The position numbers and the translations under genes were made by a program. This document shows, one piece after another, positions 51,077 to 60,196 of a DNA stretch of 64,000 bases. Origin of the DNA: Gammaproteobacteria bacterium. GTDB taxonomy: Bacteria > Pseudomonadota > Gammaproteobacteria > Eutrophobiales > Eutrophobiaceae. The notes beneath the pieces are model-generated. The model did no database searches. It was not told the origin of the DNA and saw only the letters and a program-made list of their open reading frames with translations. Numbering within the stretch: the stretch's first letter is position 1; the number at the start of each line of letters is the position of its first letter. The stretch is from positions 480,001 through 544,000 of the forward strand of contig OZ244905.1 in assembly GCA_965221695.1 (NCBI GenBank), written 5' to 3'.

Positions 51077-53448
51077 TCGCCAGTTCGTCCGCTGGCTTCT
51101 AAAGTTTCAGCACTGACGGATAATTGACCCGTCTCGTCGGTTACGCGCGCCAGGACGGCGGCTCTGCCGTTTTCACTGGTAACGCTATCAGGACCGATGA
51201 TTTTCAAGCCCTCCCCCACTCTGAATTTGATGCGCAGTCCGGTGACCGGAACAGTCGTTGCGTTGGCGTCGATGATCCGAGCATGAACAAACAGCAGATC
51301 ATTGAGCGTCGGAGTTATTCCCCAGGTTGCAAGCCGGGCCTCAACAGACACTGCCGCGCCGGGTGTGCGCACCCTGTGGCGCGCGATTTCTCTGCCTTGC
51401 AGGTAAGCGACTGCTTCCAGTACGCCTGGAATAAAACGTTCAATATGAAAAGTAAATGGCGGGTGTCGCAGGTTCCAGGACATCCGATCCTGGTCGGGGC
51501 TTCGTCGCTCAAGACTCCTGCCATTCAGAAACAGCTCCACCTCATCGCCATTGGAAAAAACCCGTACCCTACGCGGCGAATCTTCCCGCCATTCGTTTGC
51601 AATATGGATGACCGGTCCGCCGGAAAAACGTGTCGAAAATTCATCAGCATCGCGTTGACTGCGAAAAAAATAATAGGCGGGTTTAGGCAACCGTTCCAGG
51701 CTCATCAGCCCCGAAGCTTCGAGATCATCCGCATAGCCGCGATTATAGTCGAACATCGCCCAGTAACCGTCGGCAAAAGCCGGTGTGGAAAGATTATCAT
51801 TATGCGCTTCCTGCACATTGGTCGCTTGTTGCAATAACCTGATTTCACCGTCGGCCAGCAGTTGGCGACTGTTGCGCGCCGCTTCTTCCAGGTTTTGCCA
51901 TTCGTGCTGTTGCAACCCGGCATTCTGGGCATAATATTCCCAATCGCCATACTCCGATACGAGATAGGGCTTAGCCGGAATGGGACGATCCGGATGCAAC
52001 AGACGGTGTTGCCGGGCTTGCAGGTAGATGTCATACCCTTCCGGCAACCAGCCGGCGGAATAGCCCTGGTTGCCCGGATATTCCTCGCGTACAATATCAG
52101 CAAATGCTTCCACCAGCGTCTGCGGCATTGGACTCTCGTTCAGTGAACACTCCCACGCAAAGACACTGGGATGATTGCGGTCGCGCCGCACCAGGTCGCG
52201 ACAAGTCTGTAACACATGTTTGTTGAAGACCGGATCAGGATTGTAGTATTGCCAACCCGGAATTGCGTTCAGAAGAACCAGACCCAACTCATCCGCGGCG
52301 CGCATGAAATGGCGCGAATGCGGGTAATGAGACAAGCGCACATAGTCAAAACCGGCTTCTTTTATCAGTTTGGCATCGCGGAAATCAGCGTTTGGCGGCA
52401 ACGCATAGCCTACATAAGGGTATTCCTGATGCCTGTTCACGCCGCGTAAAAACAGTTTCTCGCCATTGATTCGAATGCCCTCCGTAGAAACATCGATATG
52501 CCGGATGCCAATTTGCGTTTCACGCTCATCGATCACCCTGTCCTTGCTCACTACCTGTGTTCTAAGTTGATAAAGCGCAGGCGCGCGCGGTGTCCACAGT
52601 CTTGGGGACACAACGATGATATTCGTTGTATGTTCAAGGTCAGAACCGGCATTGATCTGTATTTCCTCCGAACTCCTGGTTGCGACTGCTTGGTCGCCAT
52701 CCAGCAAAGTATGGACGATATTGAAATGCCGCGGGGTTTCCCCCTGGTTGGCAATATGAGTTTTTATCCTTACATCAGCGCGGACCTGGGTCACTTGGGG
52801 ATAGGTGATGAACACACCGCCGCCAGCCACGCGCTTTGCCAGCATTTCATCGGTAATATGCAGGCTATCGCGCAACAACAGTCTGACCTCGCGATACAGC
52901 CCGCCATAAAAATTGAAATCGAGCTCAGCTAGCGGCTTAGGGCCGGTCAGTGGATTATCCCGATTATCCAGGTGGATCAGCAAACGGTTTTGTTCGCCAA
53001 ACCGGAGTTTGTCAGAGAGGTCTACCGTGAACGGCAGATAGCCGCCCATATGCGCAAAGATATGCTCGCCGTTCGAATAGACCTGGGCAACACCCATAGC
53101 GCCCTCAAACCGCAACCACACAGTTTTGCCTCGCCACGCCCGGTGGGCAAAAAGAGAACGCTTGTACAGCGCATCGCCCTGCCATTGGTCATTGACGATG
53201 CGCGGTTCGATCTTTGCGCTATGTGGCAACAGAACCGGTTGCCAACCAGACACCGGGGGAGCGCTCGGCTTATACGTATCGCCGGGTTCAAAACGATAAA
53301 ACAACCAGTCATCCGTGAGTAATTGTTCGCTTGGTAACTGCTGCGCCAAAGCCGTTGTTTCAGTAGTCACCGCGGCCATCACCAAACCGGCTTGGCTATA
53401 CACAAATAAGGAAATCGCCGAAACGAAAATAGCCGATAACATGTTCAC
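50995..53448 (-). CDS. GH2 beta-galactosidase-like glycoside hydrolase, exported
   Basis: Signal peptide, FEGA, GGYLPF, YGGLYR, GVNRHQ, RLSHYP, RNHPSV..W...NE and SEYG motifs. Start overlaps the stop of the 2169-aa gene. Confidence 0.92.
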   Translation of the reverse strand: MNMLSAIFVSAISLFVYSQAGLVMAAVTTETTALAQQLPSEQLLTDDWLFYRFEPGDTYKPSAPPVSGWQPVLLPHSAKIEPRIVNDQWQGDALYKRSLFAHRAWRGKTVWLRFEGAMGVAQVYSNGEHIFAHMGGYLPFTVDLSDKLRFGEQNRLLIHLDNRDNPLTGPKPLAELDFNFYGGLYREVRLLLRDSLHITDEMLAKRVAGGGVFITYPQVTQVRADVRIKTHIANQGETPRHFNIVHTLLDGDQAVATRSSEEIQINAGSDLEHTTNIIVVSPRLWTPRAPALYQLRTQVVSKDRVIDERETQIGIRHIDVSTEGIRINGEKLFLRGVNRHQEYPYVGYALPPNADFRDAKLIKEAGFDYVRLSHYPHSRHFMRAADELGLVLLNAIPGWQYYNPDPVFNKHVLQTCRDLVRRDRNHPSVFAWECSLNESPMPQTLVEAFADIVREEYPGNQGYSAGWLPEGYDIYLQARQHRLLHPDRPIPAKPYLVSEYGDWEYYAQNAGLQQHEWQNLEEAARNSRQLLADGEIRLLQQATNVQEAHNDNLSTPAFADGYWAMFDYNRGYADDLEASGLMSLERLPKPAYYFFRSQRDADEFSTRFSGGPVIHIANEWREDSPRRVRVFSNGDEVELFLNGRSLERRSPDQDRMSWNLRHPPFTFHIERFIPGVLEAVAYLQGREIARHRVRTPGAAVSVEARLATWGITPTLNDLLFVHARIIDANATTVPVTGLRIKFRVGEGLKIIGPDSVTSENGRAAVLARVTDETGQLSVSAETLEASGRTGDYHQVAYSAARIRMTPIEAILNPVVVR

Positions 53449-56400
53449 CACATCTTCCAGTTCATGCCCAGGAAAAAGGTTCGACCATAAACGCTGTAGG
53501 AGCGCAAATTCTGGTCATCGTTATTTTGCGTGGTGCGGGATGTGTCGTTGGTCAGGTTCTGGCCTTGCAAACGCAGCGAGAGATTAGTATTTAGCTGATA
53601 AGCCAGGCTGGCGTCGATACTGATGGCAGAGTCCAAACCGCGCAATGTTGAACCGTCCCAACCGAAGCCAATGGTAAAGTCCGAGTGGTATTTCATTCCC
53701 AGGCGCAAATCAAACTTGTTCCAGTAAAACCACAAGTCAGCGGTTGCCGTGTGTTTGGCTAAACCCGCGATAGTATAAGGGTTGTGTGCGGGATGAAATT
53801 CCTCAATATCCGAATCGGCAAATGCGTAATTTGTATAGATGCCGGCGGACAAACCCTTCAGGCCGCTCGGCAATAATCCAGTAAATGGCGCCTGGAACGT
53901 AAGCTCCACTCCGCGGGTATCCCCTTCCAGTCCGTTTACCGGGGCGAATAACTCCAATATGCGGCCATCTCTTTCTTCGATGCTGCGGGTAATATAACCG
54001 ATATAATTATCTATCCACTTGTAATATAGGTTGACTGCCGCCAGGGATTCCGGGGCAAAATACCACTCGTAGGAGAGGTCAACCTGTGTTGCGGTGAAAG
54101 GATCCAGCCTGGGGTTGCCCGAATTGCCCTCTATCCGGCCAGAGGTGGCATTGATAATTTTACCCACACGCAATTCATCCAAAGGCGGGCGCGATATGGC
54201 TTTGGCTATACCCATGCGCACTATATTTTCTTCATCGAGAAAAAAGTTGATGCCCGCGCTGGGCAGAATTTCGGTGTAATCGTTACTGATGGACGCGCCG
54301 AACAGGTTATAACTCTTTGTGCCCACATCGACGATGCGCACGCCAATATTGGCCGTATAATAGCGGGCGTCGCCAAACACGCCTTTAAAGTTCGCCTTGA
54401 TATAGCCGGCCAGGTTGTCCTCGCTGACCTTCCAGTATCTTTCCCTGTCCACCCTGGACAGCTTGGTATCGACGCCACCGAATGCATCCGCCGCAACCTG
54501 GAAAGACGGCGCTGTCAGCAGCGGCGGCGCGGCAAACGCAGAAATACGATAGCAGCGGAAAACATCCGCTAATGCCTGCGCAGTTCCGCCGCCGTAAGAC
54601 ATAGTGAAGTCTTCCCAGATGACTTCTTTTTCACGGTCGGCGTAACGAACACCGAAATCAAGCCCGCTGAACTGGCCCTTGTCAAAAGACATCCTGAAAT
54701 CCAGTTGATAAGACCAGAGATCATCCTCCAACCCGGAACCTTCGTTGTAACTGTCGCGGACAATCAATTGCGCGCGCGCTGGCATCTCAGCAAGCGAGCC
54801 GGCAGGAGCGCTGATTGAAGGACGGCTACGAAAATCGTATCGGAAAGTCACATCCTGCTGATCGAGATACAGGCTGTGCCAGTAGTTGTCGCGTTCCGCT
54901 GTTGAATAGGCGATGTCAGCGCTGACCTGCAACCTCCTGCCTGACAATACGATATTCAGTCCCTGTGTGAATATCGAATTTGTCTGGTTATATCTCGCCA
55001 GCACATGGCGGATCTCAAAATCGTGCGCAGTGGCCGCCACGGCAAGATCATCAACAATCACCACATCTGAATAACGGCCAGTCTGTTGATTATCCCAATT
55101 GCCCAGGCCCTGATACCAGGTGTGGTCCTGTTCCACGTCAAATTCAAATTCAGCGTAGACAGCGTCGTATTTAATATCGATCGCAGCATTGGGGCGAAAT
55201 TGCAACGCACCGAACAAGCCGATCCGGTCGGTATTCATTTTATCCGTTTCCAGTTGCGCGCCCCAAGGCGCATAGGCCTTGGCGCCCTTGCCATCCAGGT
55301 CGCCACCGCCGGCAGGAAGATTGGGCTGGCCTTTCGAGCCGGTATTAAATCCCCAGGCCTGGTACAGAGGAGAGCCGTTCTTTTGCTTCTGGGTGGTAAA
55401 ACCCAATGCTATGCCGACTTTTTCATCGGCGAATGCTTTCACCAACGAACCGCTGAAGCGGTTGCCCCATTGATTGTAATCGGGAATATCCTTGCCTGCA
55501 TCGTAATAGACGCCGGCGCCGCTTAGCGTGTATCTGGGTCCGTTATGCTCCAGTGGCGAGATGGTTTCCAGGTTGATTGTCCCGGCGATGCCACCGGCAA
55601 TCAGGTCGGCAGACTGAGTTTTGTATACCTGGACCCGAGAAATCAATTCCGCCGGGTATTGTTCCCAGCGGATGTTGCGGCTCGGTTCGGAGCTGGCTAC
55701 CTCGCGCCCGTTGACCGTGCCCAGCGCCATACGCGGTCCCAGTCCCCTGAGTGTCGCCTGGCTTTGGTTGCCCCGATCGCGTGTGCCGTTTACTCCCGGG
55801 AGACGTATCAGCGCTTCGGCAATCGTTATATTCGGCAACGCATCTATATCATCCAGCGACAACGTCTCGACGATGTGCTCTGACGCAGACTTGATATCCA
55901 GCGCATCTTTGAGCGCGCGACGGATAGCTATTACTTTCACTTCCTCTATGACATGTTCACTTGCTGCTACTGTGTCTGTTTCGGCGTCGGTTTCATCGTC
56001 GGCTGGCGCTGTTTCAACATTGGCTTGCGCGTGTTCTTCAGATGCGTCTGCGATCATGATATCGGATGCCCAGTCATGCGTTGAACGGTGGCCAAACGCG
56101 CTTGCCTGTCTGATTGCATTCAGGTCGTAAGACGCCGTCAATCCGATACGATAGTCATTGTCCGTGTTTTGTCCGGTAAGTTGTTCACCGAAGAAGTCCC
56201 AACGCCATCCGTTCGCTGAATCCAACCGTGTGCCCATACGCAAGCGGGATACGCCATTGGCCGCCAGACTCACTTCGGTGAAAGGAGTCAACAAGCCCCG
56301 TGGCGTGCCTATACCATAACGGAGTTCCAGATCCATTCGCTGGGGTTCCCAAGAAGGTTTGGCGCTTGCTGTGGTGGAAGCAATCTGTTCCAGGCTACCA

Positions 56401-59400
56401 CTCCTAAGACGCTGATCCGAGCGCCATAGAGCAGTATTATCGTCAACCTGACCCCACGCGGGTTGCAGGGACATAGCCAGACCTTCAGCGCCCAAATCAG
56501 TTTCGACGTTAACCGTCAATTGCGCCCCCCATTCCTTAATTGCTTTTACGTCATGGACCAGCAGATAGCGACCACTGGCTTGTACATTGAGCCCCAAACG
56601 AGTGTCTGTATACGATAATCCACCACCCAATTCCGCACCCAAACCTGTTTCCGCATCGCCACCATCCCAGCGCGCGCCCAGCTCAAGGCGCGGGGCTAAC
56701 TGCGAATGTTGCGACAGCGCCCAGTTCGCGCGCCCTTCCAGCGCTACCCGCGCCCGGCTCGAATGGGCATGTGCTGACGGTAGCGCGCCAGCGCTGCTTA
56801 ACTCCTTTGACACATCGAAGGCATTGGCCTGATCTGATTCCATCCAAACGCCGAAAACATCGGCCTTCACGGCCAGCATAATCTGATCCAGACTTGTCAG
56901 TTCGTTGCGTCCACCCAGCGCCGCAAGCCACATTTCAAGTCCAGTATCGAGATTCTCAATCGTGTTATCAGACAATGATACTTCACCGAATCCATAACCC
57001 AACACACCCCACAAACCCAGGCCAGGCCGCGGCGACCAATGCGCATAAGGGTAAATATTTCTCAATGTCGTCTCCAACTCGCCGCTACCGCTGGCGTCAC
57101 TGGTATAGTCCAGTTCGCCCATACTTTGAGAGATAGCCACCCCCAGCAACATATCCGTATTCCAGCGATAATCCAAACCCAGGTAGCCTGAGATTACCTC
57201 ACCGTCCAGTGACAGATTATTTGTCGGTCGGCTGTCAAAACCACTCATACTGCCCCGACCCCAGAGTGTCCAGGCCGCGACGCTGCCTTGATCATCCTGT
57301 TCACCTAACGCCAGTTGGAACGCGCTTTGCGACAGCAATTCGCGAACTGAAAAGATACCGGGGCGCGGACTGTCCGCCAGCTTGACTTGCATCCCTTGTG
57401 ATGATGATGACGAAGCAGCAAAACGTCCACTTAACATATCCACGGCGTCCGCCGCCATGGTTCGTCCCACAACAGCCAAACCCGCTTCCATTGTCTGCTC
57501 CAGTTGCGCAGAATCAGTGATGATGGCAGTTGCGACCTGATTCGACCAGGCGCTGTTCCAGCCCAGACGACTGGCGCTCACCGCATACCGGTAGATTATC
57601 CCCGCTTTCACTGCATTGTCCGTATATACAGTGTCCGCAACGACCCACGCCAGCCATTCCGGCGCACACACCGTATCTCCGTCCTCACACCGGTACATAT
57701 TGTAACCATCCAGTTCGCCGCCACTATCGTTCGACGGCGCCCCCCAACTCAGACGTACCCCGTTAATGCTGGACGAGGTGACTGTCAATCCTGTCGGCGC
57801 ATCCGGTCCTTTGACAATGACTACTAGCGCATCGGATTGGCTACTCTCCCCTGCGCCGCTGTTGGCGCTGACTGTGTAACAATAGGTGGCGCCCTTGCTG
57901 ACGGTTGTGTCCTCGGCCAATACAGTGTCTACCGCCAGGTTGGTCTGTAGCGCAATCAATTCGGCGCAACTGCTGCCGTCGCCCCGGTAGACGGTATAAT
58001 TGGTTAACGGATGGGTGCCTGTATCAGCGGGCGCCGTCCAACTCAAGGTTACTTTTTCTTCATTTGCTTGCGCGCGTAAACCTGTCGGTGTTCCAGGCGC
58101 TACCGGAACCCTCGGGGTAGCCGTCACCTGGTTCGACCACTCGCTGCCCCACCCCAAACGACTGGCTCCCACTGCGTACCGATAGGTTTTGCCGGCAGTC
58201 ACACCCGTGTCCTCATAGGCCGTGTCGCTCGTCACCCACGCCAGCCACTCCGGCGTACACACCGTCTCACCCTCTACACACCGGTACACGTTGTAGCCAT
58301 CCAATGACCCGCCGCCATCGTCCGCCGGGGCCGTCCAACTCAAAATCACTTTTTGTTCATTCGCTTGCGCGCTTAATCCTGTCGGCGTTCCCGGCGGCTT
58401 TGGCTCCTTTGCCGTGACTGTCACCTGGTTTGACCACTTGCTGCCCCACCCCAAGCGATTGGCTCCTACTGCGTAACGATACGTTTTGTCGACAGTCACT
58501 CCCATATCTTTATAGGTTGTGCCGCCCGGCGCCCAGTCCAGCCACTCCGGCGTACACGCCGCTTCGTTCTCCTCACACCGGTACACGTTATAGCCATCCA
58601 ACGCGCCACCCCCATCGTCCGCAGGCGCCGTCCAACTCAAGCCGATATCGTTGGCGCTTATCGAATTCACAGTCAAACCGATTGGCGCACTTGGCCCCAC
58701 AACCTTCACCTGTACAGTTTGAGATCGGGAACTCTCTCCCGCCCGGCTGCTGGCGGTGATCTGGTAACAATAAGTACTACCTTTTGACACCGTTATGTCT
58801 TCTGCAGATCTGTTATCGAGTGATATATGTCTTCGAAACGTGACAAAGCGGGAACAACCTTCTCCCTCACTCCGATACAGGATATACGCCGTCAACCTGT
58901 GGCTCCCTCTATTGGCCGGCGCTTTCCAACGCAAGACCACTTTTTCTTCATTTGCTTGCGCGCGCAATCCTGTCGGCGTACCTGGCGCCTTGGGCGCTAC
59001 CGGGGCTTGTGCCGTGGCCGTCACCTGGTTCGACCAACTGCTGCCCCAATTCAAGCGACTGGCGCCCACTGCGTAACGATAGGTTTTACCAGCAGTCACT
59101 CCCGTATCTTCGTAGGTCGTACCGCTCGTTACCCAGGCCAACCACTCCGGCGTACACGCCGTCTCGCCTTCCATACACCGGTAGACGTTGTAACCATCCA
59201 ACGCGCCGCCACCATCGTCCACCGGCGCCGCCCATCCCAACCTGATAGCTTTGGCTTTCGCCGAACTTACTGTCAAACCAGTCGGCGCATCAGGACCTTT
59301 GACGGTCACCACCACAGTGTTGGATTGGCTACCCTCGCCAGCGATGCTGCTGGCGCTGACTGTGTAACAATAGACGCTGTTCTTGCTCACCGTCGTGTCC

Positions 59401-59954
59401 TCTACGGCATTGTTAATTACCGCGAGATGGCTATGTAGCGCAGTCAACCCTACGCAACTGCTGTCGTCGCCCCGATAGACGGTATAAGCAGTTAACGGAT
59501 GAGAACCTGGATCAGCCGGAACTTTCCAACGCAAGGTCACTTTTTCTTCATTCGCTTGTGCGCTTAATCCTGCCGGCGCGCTGGGCGCCTGTGGCGTAAC
59601 TGCCTTCGCTATCACCTGGTTCGACCAGTTGCTTACGGCAGAATTTCGTGATGCGGCCACAGCGTAACGATATGTTTTTTCTTCAGTCACTCCAGTGTCT
59701 TCATAACTCGTCCCGCTCGTCACCCAAGCCAACCACTCTGGTGTGCACGCCGTCGTCCCTTCCTCGCATCGGTACACGTTGTATCCATCCAACACTCCAC
59801 TGCCATCATCCGCTGGCGCAGTCCAGGTCAAACCAATCGTTGTGCTACTGGTTGAGCTCACTTGCAGTCCCATCGGAGCAGGCGTTGTCTGTGCAATAGC
59901 GTGTGACAACAAGCAGATCAGAAACACGCTTATGCCAAAGCGAAACAACAACAT
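53445..59954 (-). CDS. Fusion protein: 8 FN3 repeats + autotransporter beta-domain + TonB-dependent transporter (2169 aa)
   Basis: AGGAGG RBS and signal peptide. FN3 motifs (P..P.GL...L.W..P...Y.VYR...Y.Y.V.A) at ~57530-59890. Autotransporter-type WTLWGRG...YLGLDY...YPYAHW...RWDGGDAETG at ~56120-57280. TonB box IEEVKV, plug IAEAL.RLPGV...RGLG...V.VYKT..AD...GG..GTINL and GNP.L.PF barrel down to 53445. Confidence 0.88.
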   Translation of the reverse strand: MLLFRFGISVFLICLLSHAIAQTTPAPMGLQVSSTSSTTIGLTWTAPADDGSGVLDGYNVYRCEEGTTACTPEWLAWVTSGTSYEDTGVTEEKTYRYAVAASRNSAVSNWSNQVIAKAVTPQAPSAPAGLSAQANEEKVTLRWKVPADPGSHPLTAYTVYRGDDSSCVGLTALHSHLAVINNAVEDTTVSKNSVYCYTVSASSIAGEGSQSNTVVVTVKGPDAPTGLTVSSAKAKAIRLGWAAPVDDGGGALDGYNVYRCMEGETACTPEWLAWVTSGTTYEDTGVTAGKTYRYAVGASRLNWGSSWSNQVTATAQAPVAPKAPGTPTGLRAQANEEKVVLRWKAPANRGSHRLTAYILYRSEGEGCSRFVTFRRHISLDNRSAEDITVSKGSTYCYQITASSRAGESSRSQTVQVKVVGPSAPIGLTVNSISANDIGLSWTAPADDGGGALDGYNVYRCEENEAACTPEWLDWAPGGTTYKDMGVTVDKTYRYAVGANRLGWGSKWSNQVTVTAKEPKPPGTPTGLSAQANEQKVILSWTAPADDGGGSLDGYNVYRCVEGETVCTPEWLAWVTSDTAYEDTGVTAGKTYRYAVGASRLGWGSEWSNQVTATPRVPVAPGTPTGLRAQANEEKVTLSWTAPADTGTHPLTNYTVYRGDGSSCAELIALQTNLAVDTVLAEDTTVSKGATYCYTVSANSGAGESSQSDALVVIVKGPDAPTGLTVTSSSINGVRLSWGAPSNDSGGELDGYNMYRCEDGDTVCAPEWLAWVVADTVYTDNAVKAGIIYRYAVSASRLGWNSAWSNQVATAIITDSAQLEQTMEAGLAVVGRTMAADAVDMLSGRFAASSSSSQGMQVKLADSPRPGIFSVRELLSQSAFQLALGEQDDQGSVAAWTLWGRGSMSGFDSRPTNNLSLDGEVISGYLGLDYRWNTDMLLGVAISQSMGELDYTSDASGSGELETTLRNIYPYAHWSPRPGLGLWGVLGYGFGEVSLSDNTIENLDTGLEMWLAALGGRNELTSLDQIMLAVKADVFGVWMESDQANAFDVSKELSSAGALPSAHAHSSRARVALEGRANWALSQHSQLAPRLELGARWDGGDAETGLGAELGGGLSYTDTRLGLNVQASGRYLLVHDVKAIKEWGAQLTVNVETDLGAEGLAMSLQPAWGQVDDNTALWRSDQRLRSGSLEQIASTTASAKPSWEPQRMDLELRYGIGTPRGLLTPFTEVSLAANGVSRLRMGTRLDSANGWRWDFFGEQLTGQNTDNDYRIGLTASYDLNAIRQASAFGHRSTHDWASDIMIADASEEHAQANVETAPADDETDAETDTVAASEHVIEEVKVIAIRRALKDALDIKSASEHIVETLSLDDIDALPNITIAEALIRLPGVNGTRDRGNQSQATLRGLGPRMALGTVNGREVASSEPSRNIRWEQYPAELISRVQVYKTQSADLIAGGIAGTINLETISPLEHNGPRYTLSGAGVYYDAGKDIPDYNQWGNRFSGSLVKAFADEKVGIALGFTTQKQKNGSPLYQAWGFNTGSKGQPNLPAGGGDLDGKGAKAYAPWGAQLETDKMNTDRIGLFGALQFRPNAAIDIKYDAVYAEFEFDVEQDHTWYQGLGNWDNQQTGRYSDVVIVDDLAVAATAHDFEIRHVLARYNQTNSIFTQGLNIVLSGRRLQVSADIAYSTAERDNYWHSLYLDQQDVTFRYDFRSRPSISAPAGSLAEMPARAQLIVRDSYNEGSGLEDDLWSYQLDFRMSFDKGQFSGLDFGVRYADREKEVIWEDFTMSYGGGTAQALADVFRCYRISAFAAPPLLTAPSFQVAADAFGGVDTKLSRVDRERYWKVSEDNLAGYIKANFKGVFGDARYYTANIGVRIVDVGTKSYNLFGASISNDYTEILPSAGINFFLDEENIVRMGIAKAISRPPLDELRVGKIINATSGRIEGNSGNPRLDPFTATQVDLSYEWYFAPESLAAVNLYYKWIDNYIGYITRSIEERDGRILELFAPVNGLEGDTRGVELTFQAPFTGLLPSGLKGLSAGIYTNYAFADSDIEEFHPAHNPYTIAGLAKHTATADLWFYWNKFDLRLGMKYHSDFTIGFGWDGSTLRGLDSAISIDASLAYQLNTNLSLRLQGQNLTNDTSRTTQNNDDQNLRSYSVYGRTFFLGMNWKMW
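57530..59890 (-). repeat. Intragenic array of eight ~290-bp FN3-coding repeats of two types
   Basis: Type A (DDGGG.LDGYNVYRC..G...CTPEWLAW) and type B (QANEEKV.L.W..PA..G.H.LT.Y..YR) units, with DNA-level similarity such as recurring CCACTCCGGCGTACAC. Confidence 0.9.
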
Positions 59955-59985
59955 CTCATACCCTCCTAAACAATTGAAAGTATTG

Positions 59986-60020
59986 TTAGTGAAGCTCTGA
60001 CTTAATCAGAGTTTCCTTAG
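59986..60020. mobile_element. Mini-MITE in the divergent promoter region
   Basis: TTAGTGAAGCTCTGACTTAATCAGAGTTTCCTTAG. Confidence 0.7.
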
Positions 60021-60045
60021 ATCAAAAAATATCTTTAATACAGCA

Positions 60046-60074
60046 TTGCAATTATATATTATTTATAATATAAT
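60046..60074 (+). promoter_or_regulatory. Sigma70-like promoter upstream of the 588-aa gene
   Basis: TTGCAA-17 bp-TATAAT. The spacer contains ATATTATTTATA, also present at 40695-40706. Confidence 0.55.
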
Positions 60075-60196
60075 ATAAACATGCAAATTTTTTTTTTTAG
60101 CGCTCTTCTGGCTTTTATGAGTCGGATCGTAGCCATGGTGTTGGTTTGACAAGGACAGGTAATTAAATTTTTTATGTTTTTCAGGAGGTTATATCC

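Noticed and set aside
55960-56060. Independent start for the TonB transporter at internal ATG (MIADASEEHAQA)
   Set aside because: No RBS and no hydrophobic signal core, so a separately exported product is unsupported, although HAQA may be a vestigial cleavage site.
57530-59890. Repeats considered as a CRISPR array or DGR template/variable pair
   Set aside because: Units are ~290-bp in-frame coding repeats without unique spacers; no cas or reverse transcriptase genes and no obvious adenine-specific variation.
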